41,138 nucleotides of DNA, taken from the NCBI GenBank assembly GCA_022561095.1, contig JADFRV010000002.1:1-41138 (forward strand). Direction: 5' to 3'. A model generated the notes under the pieces. That model saw only the letters and a program-made list of their open reading frames with translations. It was not told the origin of the DNA and made no database searches. Shown in pieces: positions 18,435 through 27,520 of this stretch (position 1 is its first letter; every line of letters begins with the position of its first letter). Position numbers and translations under genes: made by a program. The DNA comes from Chloroflexota bacterium. Its GTDB lineage: Bacteria; Chloroflexota; Dehalococcoidia; SM23-28-2; RBG-16-64-32.

Positions 18435-19550
18435 TTACGGTGTGACCACGGCCCGCGAGATCGCCGTCTGCTTCCCCTCCCACTCGGCCTGCTGGAACGC
18501 CTCGTCGATCTGGTCCAGGGGGAACTTGTGGGACACTACGTTGGCCAGGGGGAAGCGGTCCTTGTTGCGGCTGAGGAAGTCCAGCGCCACCGGCAGGATC
18601 CAGGGGTCGTACATGTTGACGGAGATGATGTCCTTGTTGCCCCAGACCAGTTGGGAGGGATCGATCGCCACGGTCTGGCCCAGGCTGATGTTACCAACCT
18701 CCAGGTAGGTTCCGCCGGAGCGCAACATCTGAATCCCCTCCGGGATGACGGCGGGTAGGCCGACGAACTCGGCGACGAGGTCGGCGCCACGGCCGCCGGT
18801 GAGGGACATCACCTTGGATGTCCGATCCATCGGGGCTTTCGCCTCGTTGAGGTCGATCACCTCGTCGGCGCCGCAGGCCTTGGCTAGCTTGAGCCGCTCA
18901 GGCACACCATCGATGACGATGATCATGCCCGCGCCCATGGCGCTGGCCACGGCCGTGGCGTTGATACCGAGGCCGCCGGCGCCCTGGATGACCAGCGTGT
19001 CGCCCATCTTCAGGCCGGCCTTCTGGAGGCCGTAGATCACCTCGGAGAGGGCGCAGTTGACGGTTGTGACCATCTCGTCGGGCAGATCGTCCGGGACCTT
19101 GAACACGAAGGCGGCGGTCTTCATGTAGAAGTACTCGGCGTAGGCGCCGGTGAAGTGGGGAGCGTTGTCTGAGATGGGTGGCGGTGGGTACTTTATCTGG
19201 CAGGCCGCGAACTCGCCGCGCAGGCACTGGTAGCAGCGACGGCAGGGGAAGAAGTACGGGTAGACGATGCGGTCTCCCTCCTTCAGCGGCCGGCCCTGCG
19301 AATCCGTCGTGACGTTGGAGCCCAGCTTGTGTACGTAGCCGGTCATCTCATGGCCGAGGATGCGGGGGCCGGGCCCCATCATGGCGATACGGATATCGCC
19401 CCGCCAGACGTGCAGGTCGGAGCCGCAGATGCCGGCGGAGGTGACGCGGACGACGATGGCGTCCGGGTCGGGGTCGGGCACGGGATACTCCCGTATCTCG
19501 AACTCCTTGCCTGTGTCGAAGAAGACGGCTGCTTTGCCGGTCTCAGACAT
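18435..19550 (-). CDS. zinc-dependent alcohol dehydrogenase family (MDR) oxidoreductase
   Basis: 371 aa. It has the GICGSDLH catalytic Zn motif, a C-x2-C-x2-C-x7-C structural Zn motif and a GAGGLG Rossmann motif. GGAGG lies upstream. Confidence 0.9.
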   Translation of the reverse strand: MSETGKAAVFFDTGKEFEIREYPVPDPDPDAIVVRVTSAGICGSDLHVWRGDIRIAMMGPGPRILGHEMTGYVHKLGSNVTTDSQGRPLKEGDRIVYPYFFPCRRCYQCLRGEFAACQIKYPPPPISDNAPHFTGAYAEYFYMKTAAFVFKVPDDLPDEMVTTVNCALSEVIYGLQKAGLKMGDTLVIQGAGGLGINATAVASAMGAGMIIVIDGVPERLKLAKACGADEVIDLNEAKAPMDRTSKVMSLTGGRGADLVAEFVGLPAVIPEGIQMLRSGGTYLEVGNISLGQTVAIDPSQLVWGNKDIISVNMYDPWILPVALDFLSRNKDRFPLANVVSHKFPLDQIDEAFQQAEWEGKQTAISRAVVTP

Positions 19551-19677
19551 GATGCCTCCTTGCAGGGATACCTAAGCGCGCGCTAAGTATCGGCACTGAC
19601 CGCATCCCCTGTCAACTACGTTCTGCTGCCGGATAGGGGTTTGAGATGGCTGCGGCGGGCCACAGAATGGGGTTGCG

Positions 19678-20751
19678 ATGACGGTCACTCTCTCCGGCAA
19701 GTGGGTCTGGATATGGAACTGGCGTCGCTGCGACGGCGGCGATCCGGCGAAGGTCGCCGCCAGGCTGCGGGACGCGGGCTGTCGCGGCGCCCTGGTGAAG
19801 GCCCACGACGGCCCCCGCTGGTTCGATCAGGGCCGCCCCTGGCGGGAGATCGCTTCCGCTCTCAGGGCGGAGGGCCTCGCCGTCGGCGGCTGGGCTTACC
19901 TTTATGGCCGTGACGCTGCCGGCGAGGCGCGCCTGGTGGCGGAGACGGTCTCTTACGGCCGCGCCGACCTGTTCGTCCTCGACGTGGAGACGGAGTTCGA
20001 GGGCCGGCCAGAGGCGGCGGAAGAGCTCTGCCGTCGCGTCCGCGAGGGCGTAGGCGCAGAGTTCCCGCTCTATTACAGCAGCTTCGCCATCGCCCGCTAT
20101 CACCGCTCCTTCCCCTTCGAGGTGTTCGAGCGCTACTGCCGGGGCGCGGCGCCGCAGGTCTACTGGAACGCCTTCCGCTGGCCCGTCCAGCAGGCCGTCA
20201 ACTGGACCTACGAGGACTACAAGGCGTTGGGAGTGGCGCCGGAGCGCATGTTCCCGGTGGCGGGGCTGTACTCCGATCCGAATCGGAGCGGCGTATCTTA
20301 CCCGGCCGCCGCCGAGGTTGAGGCTTTCGCAGCCGAGGCGGCGGGGAGGGGTTCGCAGGGGGTCAGCTTCTGGTCCTACGAGCACATGAGCGAGGAGATG
20401 TGGGCGGCGGTTCGGGCCGCGCCGGCCGCTGGGCGGGAAGCCCCAGAACAGGAGGTAGAGATGTCCAGTTTGGAGTTCCAGCAGCTCAGCGGCGCCCACG
20501 CTGCCCTGGCGGGCCGCGTGGCCAGCCTGGAGGCGGATGTTGCCGTTCTAAAGACCAGTGGGGCCAAAGCCCCAAAACGCACCCGCAGGCAGGCGCGCAC
20601 CTACACCGTCCGCTCCGGCGATACTCTGTCCGCCATCGCGGCCGGTCTCGGCATAGGCGACTGGCGGCCCCTGTACGAGGCTAATAGGAAGCTGATCGGC
20701 CCAGACCCGGACCTGATCCAGCCGGGACAGGTGCTGACCATCCCAGCATAA
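19678..20751 (+). CDS. cell-wall hydrolase-like protein: TIM-barrel GH25/DUF1906-like domain + coiled linker + C-terminal LysM
   Basis: 357 aa. An LFVLDVETEF (DxE-like) motif lies in the N-terminal domain. The C-terminal YTVRSGDTLSAIAAGLGIGDWRPLYEANRKLIGPDPDLIQPGQVLTIP is a canonical LysM. No signal peptide is present. Confidence 0.7.
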   Translation: MTVTLSGKWVWIWNWRRCDGGDPAKVAARLRDAGCRGALVKAHDGPRWFDQGRPWREIASALRAEGLAVGGWAYLYGRDAAGEARLVAETVSYGRADLFVLDVETEFEGRPEAAEELCRRVREGVGAEFPLYYSSFAIARYHRSFPFEVFERYCRGAAPQVYWNAFRWPVQQAVNWTYEDYKALGVAPERMFPVAGLYSDPNRSGVSYPAAAEVEAFAAEAAGRGSQGVSFWSYEHMSEEMWAAVRAAPAAGREAPEQEVEMSSLEFQQLSGAHAALAGRVASLEADVAVLKTSGAKAPKRTRRQARTYTVRSGDTLSAIAAGLGIGDWRPLYEANRKLIGPDPDLIQPGQVLTIPA

Positions 20752-20883
20752 GCGAAGCGCCACGGCGGCGATTTCGGGTTCAGCCGCATTATCGCTTCCT
20801 CTCGGGGTGGGCCATACGGAACACGGCCTCTATAATAGGCGCCGTGGTCTTACGTTGGCTACACTTGCCCAAGTAGAGGAGGC

Positions 20884-22110
20884 CTTGCTACGAGGTACGA
20901 CTACGATGTCGCGGTAGTCGGCGCCGGGCCGGCTGGGTCCCGCTCAGCGCGGAACCTGGCGAAGGCCGGCCTGCGGGTCGCGCTCCTGGAGGAGCACCGG
21001 CGCATCGGCGTGCCGTCCCACTGCTCCGGGCTGATCAGCCCGCGCACGCTGGAAGAGGCGGGCGTCGGGGAGCAGATAGTGGCCAACCGCGTAACCGGCG
21101 CCTACATCCACACCGCCGGCGGCGGCGTTCTGGCGTTAGGCGGCGGCGAGACCCGCGCTCTGGTGATAGACCGCGTGCGTTTGGATGAGCTGCTCTGCGA
21201 GCAGGCCCAGACCGACGGCGCCGAGCTTCTAAGGGCGCGGATGGTGCAGGCCGAGCGGGAGAACGGGGGCGTTCGCCTCCACTGCCAGCGCGACGGCCGC
21301 GACCTCCAACTCACCGCCCGGCTGGTGCTGGGCGCGGACGGCGCCCACTCTCGTGTGGCCCGCACGTTGGGGCTGGCGGCGCCCCGTGAGCGAGTCTACG
21401 GCCTCGGCATAGAGGGTCGTCTGACGGTGCCCCGAGAGGAGTTTGTGCACGTGTTCGTCGGCCATCGCCTGGCTCCCAGCTGGTTCGGCTGGATCATCCC
21501 TACCGGCGGCGATGGTGTGCGTGTAGGCATCGGCTGCGACGCTTCGGACAAACCGATCTACTGCTACAGGCGGCTCGCGGACGCCTTTCCGCGCCTGTTC
21601 CGGGGCATGGAGGTGTGCCGCATGTACGGCGGCACCATCCCCCTGGGCTTCGCCCCCCGCAGCTACGCCGATAACGTTCTCCTGGTGGGGGACGCCGCCG
21701 GTCAGGTGAAGCCGTTCTCCGGCGGCGGCATCTACACCGGCCTGGTGGCCGGCCGCCACGCCGCGGCGGCCGCGGTGGCCGCCCTGGCCGCCGACGATAC
21801 TACCGCAGCCGGCCTGCGCGGCTACGAACGGGCCTGGAAGTCCGAGATCGGCCGAGAGCTGACCCGAAGCTCGCGCATCCGCCGCTTCGGACTCGGTCTC
21901 AGCGATAGTGATGTCGACCGCCTGGTAGCCGCTCTTGGGCATGAGGCGCTCCAACCGCTCATAGACCGACACGCCGATATCGATTACCCCTCGCGGGTGA
22001 TCCTGCGCCTGGCGCACAGCCTGCCTGCGCTGTGGCCGCTGGTGCGGCTATCGCTCCGCCGTCCGCTCGCTTCTCTGCAAATGCTGCGGGCGCTTCTCCC
22101 CGGCGGCTAG
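20884..22110 (+). CDS. geranylgeranyl reductase-family FAD-dependent oxidoreductase (5' end uncertain)
   Basis: The frame reads ..RYDYDVAVVGAGPAGSRSARNLAKAGLRVALLEE (dinucleotide-binding motif) upstream of the first ATG at 21010. GDAAGQVKPFSGGGI lies downstream. No canonical start codon lies in frame between the stop at 20836 and the motif. Confidence 0.8.
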   Translation, partial: LATRYDYDVAVVGAGPAGSRSARNLAKAGLRVALLEEHRRIGVPSHCSGLISPRTLEEAGVGEQIVANRVTGAYIHTAGGGVLALGGGETRALVIDRVRLDELLCEQAQTDGAELLRARMVQAERENGGVRLHCQRDGRDLQLTARLVLGADGAHSRVARTLGLAAPRERVYGLGIEGRLTVPREEFVHVFVGHRLAPSWFGWIIPTGGDGVRVGIGCDASDKPIYCYRRLADAFPRLFRGMEVCRMYGGTIPLGFAPRSYADNVLLVGDAAGQVKPFSGGGIYTGLVAGRHAAAAAVAALAADDTTAAGLRGYERAWKSEIGRELTRSSRIRRFGLGLSDSDVDRLVAALGHEALQPLIDRHADIDYPSRVILRLAHSLPALWPLVRLSLRRPLASLQMLRALLPGG

Positions 22111-22127
22111 GGCAGGCTTCACCCGCC

Positions 22128-22156
22128 TTAACCCAGTTAGGGCAGCGTGCTATAAT
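22128..22156 (+). promoter_or_regulatory. sigma-70-like promoter TTAACC-N17(TGc)-TATAAT
   Basis: The -35 is at 22128-22133 and the extended -10 TGcTATAAT is at 22148-22156. The ATG at 22168 is only 11 nt downstream, so the RDD gene is near-leaderless. Confidence 0.6.
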
Positions 22157-22161
22157 CCCGC

Positions 22162-22656
22162 TTGACAATGGCACCAACCCAACGGGCTGCCACCCACGCC
22201 GCAGGCGGGCAGCTGGCACCCCTTGCTTACGCCGGCCTACAACTCCGCATTGTGGCTTTTATCCTTGACGGAATGGTTCTCATCTCCTTCGGTACGCTGT
22301 TCGCGGCGGGTATTATCGCCTTCTTGGTCATCGAGAGCGACAGCGGCAACCCGTCCGGCACTGCTTTTTGGATTGCCGTCGGCGTCTTCCTGTTTTATGT
22401 CTTCGCCTTTGTGCCTCTGTACCATGTCCTGCTATGGAGCTGGCGGGGGCAGACTGTAGGCAAGATGGCGGTGCGCATTAAGGTGCTCTCCCGCGGCGGC
22501 GGGCGGGTCTCTCTAAGCCGGTCCGCCCTGCGCCTGCTGGGCTACGCGGCTTCGGTGGCGCCGCTGTTCCTGGGCCTCATCATCGCCCTGTTCGACCGCG
22601 AGTGTCGCGCTTTACACGATCACTTGGCGGGGACGGTAGTGGTGGAGGTGCCGTGA
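22162..22656 (+). CDS. RDD-family membrane protein
   Basis: 164 aa. RIVAFILDG...WRGQTVGKMAVRIKV...LFDRECRALHDHLAGTVVV fits the RDD domain. The likely true start is the ATG at 22168. Confidence 0.8.
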   Translation: MTMAPTQRAATHAAGGQLAPLAYAGLQLRIVAFILDGMVLISFGTLFAAGIIAFLVIESDSGNPSGTAFWIAVGVFLFYVFAFVPLYHVLLWSWRGQTVGKMAVRIKVLSRGGGRVSLSRSALRLLGYAASVAPLFLGLIIALFDRECRALHDHLAGTVVVEVP

Positions 22657-23501
22657 CCGCGCCGTCCGCCGATAACGGCTCCACCCTAAAGCCGCTGCTT
22701 CTGGCCGCCTCTCAATGGCTGATCGGCGCTTCCCTGGCGGTGATGCTTACGCTGCTATTCCTGGCCATCACAGCCGTCCAGCTCAGCTCTCAGAGCGTTG
22801 GTGAGCGCATCCTTCGCAGGAGCGTCGCCGTGAGCACCAACATCGATGCGATCCTGCCCGATCTGCAGGTCGCGCTGAAAGAGGAGGCGCGGGTAGGAAA
22901 CGCGGATCAGGTTCGCCTACCCGATTTTCCGATTCCGGTGGACATTCCTCGCGACGAAGCTCTCGTGCTGGAGGGGAGGGCGCTGCGAGAGCGTATTCTG
23001 AATGAGGCGGGGGCCACGCTCTATCGGGAAGGGGTGTCGGCCTGGGCGGACGCGGACGATGACGGGGATCAGAGGATCGAGACGATCTCAGTAGCCGGCG
23101 CATTGAAGCGCGGCCTGGGGTTGATAATGGACGAGAACCATGACCGTATGGTGATCGCGGCGGTCGTGCTGGGCTTCCTTTCAGCGGCGCTGGCCGCGCT
23201 GCTCATGGCATCGGTGCGGTCGTGGGGAAGGCTCATCGCCCTCAGCACGGTGACGATAGCGGCGGCGCTTCCCTTGCTGGCAGCGGCTGTAGGCGTTCGC
23301 TTCGCCTTTCGGACTGCCCAGGAAGAGGCCGACCCGTTCGTCTATGGCCTCCTGGAGTTGGGCGTGGAGGCTATGTGGGTGCCCATACGCAACTACCTGG
23401 CGCTGACGGTGCTGGGCTTTGCCGTGGTGCTGGTTGCGCTGATGTTCATCTGGGCTAGTTCCCGCTGGGCGACCAGCGCCGCTGACACCGCCTCTACGTG
23501 A
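22653..23501 (+). CDS. hypothetical polytopic membrane protein
   Basis: The GTG at 22653 overlaps the RDD stop (GTGA), which suggests translational coupling. It has an N-terminal TM helix, a ~130-aa soluble segment and 3-4 C-terminal TM helices. Confidence 0.6.
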   Translation: MTAPSADNGSTLKPLLLAASQWLIGASLAVMLTLLFLAITAVQLSSQSVGERILRRSVAVSTNIDAILPDLQVALKEEARVGNADQVRLPDFPIPVDIPRDEALVLEGRALRERILNEAGATLYREGVSAWADADDDGDQRIETISVAGALKRGLGLIMDENHDRMVIAAVVLGFLSAALAALLMASVRSWGRLIALSTVTIAAALPLLAAAVGVRFAFRTAQEEADPFVYGLLELGVEAMWVPIRNYLALTVLGFAVVLVALMFIWASSRWATSAADTAST

Positions 23502-23546
23502 TCCTCAGATCGGATACACTGGTCGGCGGCGGGCCCTGGGTGGAGC
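23479..23546 (+). repeat. degenerate duplicate of the tRNA-Gly promoter block (CTGACA-N17-TCAGAT + CGGATACACTGG)
   Basis: Hand alignment with 24712-24771 gives about 36 of 45 matches over the core. It overlaps the last codons of the upstream CDS. Confidence 0.55.
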
Positions 23547-23604
23547 TAAAGGGGCTTTCGGGCTCGCACCGGCAGTTCGAGGTGGGGCGGCGGGAGGAGT
23601 AGCC

Positions 23605-24657
23605 ATGAGGAGGACGATGCGGATATCCATTGCGCTCGGGCTGGTTAGAGAGAACTGGGATGAGGCGACCACTTATGTGGTTGAGGCAGAACGGCTGGGC
23701 GTTGACAGCGTTTGGTCAGCGGAGGCGTGGGGGTATGACGCCGTAACGCCCCTCGCTTATCTAGCCGCGAAGACATCTCGCATCCGCTTGGGCTCCGGAA
23801 TAATGCAGGCCGGCACCCGCACACCGGCGCTGGTCGCGATGACGGCGATGAGCCTCGCATCGCTGTCGGCCGACCGCTTCCTCTTGGGCCTGGGGGTGAG
23901 CGGTCCGCAGGTGATCGAGGGCTGGCATGGCATCCGCTTCGAGCGGCCGCTGCAGAGGATGAGGGAGATCATCGAGATCGTTCGCCTGGCGGCCAGCGGG
24001 GAGCGGCTCCGCTATAAGGGAAAGGTCTACGAGTTGCCTTTGCCCGGCGGTGAAGGCAAGGCGCTTCGCTCCGGGGCGCAGCCGATGCCGCACGTTCCGA
24101 TTTACCTCGCCACGCTGGGCCCGAAGAGCCTTGAGATGACCGGCGAGCTGGCAGATGGCTGGCTCGGGACGTCCTTCATGCCGGAACACGCGGACGTATT
24201 CTTCGACCACATCGGCGCGGGTGCCGCACGTGCCGGCCGTTCGCTCACGGAGATCGATCTCCAGGCGGGTGGTGTTGTCGCATTCTCAGACGATCTCGAC
24301 CATCTGGTTCCTCGCCGCAAGCCCGGCCTCGCCTTCACGCTCGGTGCGATGGGGTCACGGGCGCACAATTTTTACAACGCCGCATTCAGGCGAGCTGGAT
24401 ATGAGGATATCGCCGTCGAGGTCCAGGACCTCTGGCTCGACGGTAGACGGGAGGAGGCGGCGGCTCGCATCCCGGATGAGATGGTTCTTAAGACTAATCT
24501 CCTGGGGACAGACGCGATGGTGAAGGATCGCATCCGCGCCTATCGGGATGCCGGTGTGACCACGCTACGCGTGGATCCCGACGGGGAAGGCTTGCGTGAG
24601 CGCCTGACAACGCTGGGACGCCTCGCGGACCTCGTTCGCACCGTCAACTCGGAGTGA
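23605..24657 (+). CDS. LLM-class (luciferase-like) F420-dependent oxidoreductase
   Basis: 350 aa. VDSVWSAEAWGYDAVTPLAYLAAKTSRIRLGSGIMQAGTRTPALVAMTAMSLASLS and GLGVSGPQVIEGWHG are typical of LLM/F420 oxidoreductases. GGGAGGAG lies upstream. Confidence 0.85.
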   Translation: MRRTMRISIALGLVRENWDEATTYVVEAERLGVDSVWSAEAWGYDAVTPLAYLAAKTSRIRLGSGIMQAGTRTPALVAMTAMSLASLSADRFLLGLGVSGPQVIEGWHGIRFERPLQRMREIIEIVRLAASGERLRYKGKVYELPLPGGEGKALRSGAQPMPHVPIYLATLGPKSLEMTGELADGWLGTSFMPEHADVFFDHIGAGAARAGRSLTEIDLQAGGVVAFSDDLDHLVPRRKPGLAFTLGAMGSRAHNFYNAAFRRAGYEDIAVEVQDLWLDGRREEAAARIPDEMVLKTNLLGTDAMVKDRIRAYRDAGVTTLRVDPDGEGLRERLTTLGRLADLVRTVNSE

Positions 24658-24714
24658 GTCTACTGCTTGTGCCGATGGTCATCTGAGCCGACTCCCGCCA
24701 GGTGACCGGCTCCG

Positions 24715-24744
24715 TTGACACTACCGCTACGTAATCCCTAAAAT
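24715..24744 (+). promoter_or_regulatory. strong sigma-70-like promoter for tRNA-Gly: TTGACA-N18-TAAAAT
   Basis: The -35 is at 24715-24720 and the -10 at 24739-24744, about 35 nt upstream of the mature tRNA 5' end. Confidence 0.6.
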
Positions 24745-24778
24745 CGGATACGCTGGGCCCCTGGTGGGTCCGCCCGGA

Positions 24779-24853
24779 GCGGGCGTAGCTCAGTGGTAGA
24801 GCATCTGCTTCCCAAGCAGAGGGCCACGGGTTCGATCCCCGTCGCCCGCTCCA
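24779..24853 (+). tRNA. tRNA-Gly (anticodon CCC), CCA encoded
   Basis: Cloverleaf folded by hand:
- acceptor stem GCGGGCG/CGCCCGC
- D arm GCTC-AGTGGTA-GAGC
- anticodon stem TCTGC/GCAGA with loop TTCCCAA
- T arm ACGGG-TTCGATC-CCCGT
- discriminator T followed by CCA. Confidence 0.93.
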
Positions 24854-24874
24854 ATAGTAGAAGAGGGGTCGTTT

Positions 24875-24900
24875 AGATGGTCGTCAAGCGACGACCATCT
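24875..24900 (+). terminator. 11-bp perfect hairpin (agatggtcgtc-aagc-gacgaccatct) followed by GCTTTCT
   Basis: It lies between the tRNA (+) and the end of the ABC operon (-), so it could act bidirectionally. Confidence 0.55.
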
Positions 24901-24954
24901 GCTTTCTAGGCAGAGGGTCGTGATAACATTACTCTGCGCAGGAGTTCCGGACTT

Positions 24955-25682
24955 TTAGTCTGTGTCGGTGAGCTCGAAGGCCTCAAGCCGGCGGACGGCG
25001 AGGACAAGGGCAGCCACGGTGACGACAGCGGCGAGTATGAAGGCCTCGGGGCCGCGGAGGGTTGCTTCGAAGACCTGTTTGCTGACCGTCGCAAAGAAGT
25101 CAGCAATGCCGAGGCAGTACTGGCGGATGCTGAGGTAGCGGCTGCCGGAGAAGAGCTCGGTGATAAGGCCCTCCCAGATGAAGACGTAGCCGAGGCCGAA
25201 GAGGAGGGCGCGGCTGGTGGCGACGCTGAGCAGTATGAAGACTGCGGTGTAGGCGAAGACGCCGACCAGAGTAGCGATCGCGAAGCCGGTGACGATGCCA
25301 TCCTCCGATACGCCCTGGAGGCCGATGAGACCGGAGACCGCGGTGGCCGGGACGACGAACGCGGCGGCGATGAGGACGGACGCCGCGAACTTGGCGGCGA
25401 TGATATCGCGGCGGGGCACGGGCTTCGCGAGGATGTTCACAGCGGTTCCGCCCTCGATCTCAGAGCCGAGGGCGGAGGTGCCGAGGATGAGGCAGGTGAG
25501 CGGGAGGATAGCAGTGATGACGACGTCGGCGAGGAAGTTCGCGGTCTCTTCCTGCTGGTCGAGGTGCTCGCCGAGCCGGTAGATGATGGCAAGGGCTACA
25601 GGGACGAGCGCGAGCAGGAACAAAAGGAGGGAACGGCGCTGCCCGGCGAACTGTCGCAGCGTGAGCGTGAAGACGGTCGCGT

Positions 25683-25686
<4 letters not shown>
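24955..25686 (-). CDS. ABC-2 type transporter permease (second permease of operon)
   Basis: 243 aa with 6 predicted TM helices. Its start overlaps the stop of the upstream ATPase by 4 nt. Confidence 0.75.
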
Positions 25687-26635
<949 letters not shown>

Positions 26636-26639
<4 letters not shown>

Positions 26640-27520
26640 GGCGAGATTTTCTCGTAGCGGCGCAACAGCAGGACGAGCATGAGGAGCACGACCGAGGTGG
26701 CGGCCATCGCGTAGGTGACGCCGGGCAGATCGGCCTCGGCGAGCTGCGTTCCGGGATCGAACGTGGCGTCGAAGAACCAGAAGGTAAGACCCCGGGCAAC
26801 GTGGAACGGACTGAGGAGCAGCACGAAGCGTCCGATGTCCTGATCGGCCGCTTCGAAGACGCTCCCCGCGATGATGGAGGTGAGGACGAACGCGGCGATG
26901 ATACCGACCGTGGAATACGCGCGGCTGGGCATCTGCGCCGCGATGACTAAGCCGATGCCGGCGATGAGGCCCGACAACAGGATGGCGCTGCCGAGAATGG
27001 ATGGCAGGTCTGCCCATTCGTCCCGCAGGTAGTCACCGAAGTCGGCCGCGGCTAGGCCGTTGCCGACGAACATTATTACCTGCGGAATCACGGTGATCGC
27101 GAGCATGCCCGTCATGAGCGCGGCGAACTTCGCGAGAGCATAGTCCTGTCGCCTCAGCGCCCGCGAGAAGTAGAGCGAGAGCGTCTGTGTACGCTGGTCG
27201 CGGCCAACGAGTTCGGGCGCGACGACGGCGCAGAAGACCGCGAGCACCACCTCAATTAACTGGAAGTAGTCCTCCGGTCGGATGACCTCGATTTCCCCTG
27301 GGGCGATGGCGGCGATCCCGAGCTGGAAAGCGGCGGGAATGAACGCGATCACGGCGAGACCGATGGGGCCCACTTTACTCGAAAGCGAGCGGCCGATACC
27401 GAACACGCCTCGAAGGCTGTGTACGTAGAGCGCCCAGATGGCGTGCCGCCGCCCGAGGCGGACGCCTTCGTACCGCTTGTAGCCAAGATCGTAGATGGTG
27501 CCGGCCGTCGTGTCAGCCAC
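26636..27520 (-). CDS. ABC-2 type transporter permease (first permease)
   Basis: It starts at the GTG at 27520 (VADTTAGTIYDLGYKRYEG...), overlapping the upstream ATPase stop by 8 nt. It has 6 TM helices. Confidence 0.75.

Noticed and set aside
26640-27017. N-terminal extension of the second ABC ATPase ORF (25683-27017), and the similar extension of the first permease ORF (27521-27685)
   Set aside because: The extensions overlap the upstream genes out of frame and translate to low-complexity Arg/Pro/His-rich sequence. Internal starts at 26639 (ATG) and 27520 (GTG) give canonical N-termini and classic stop/start overlaps.
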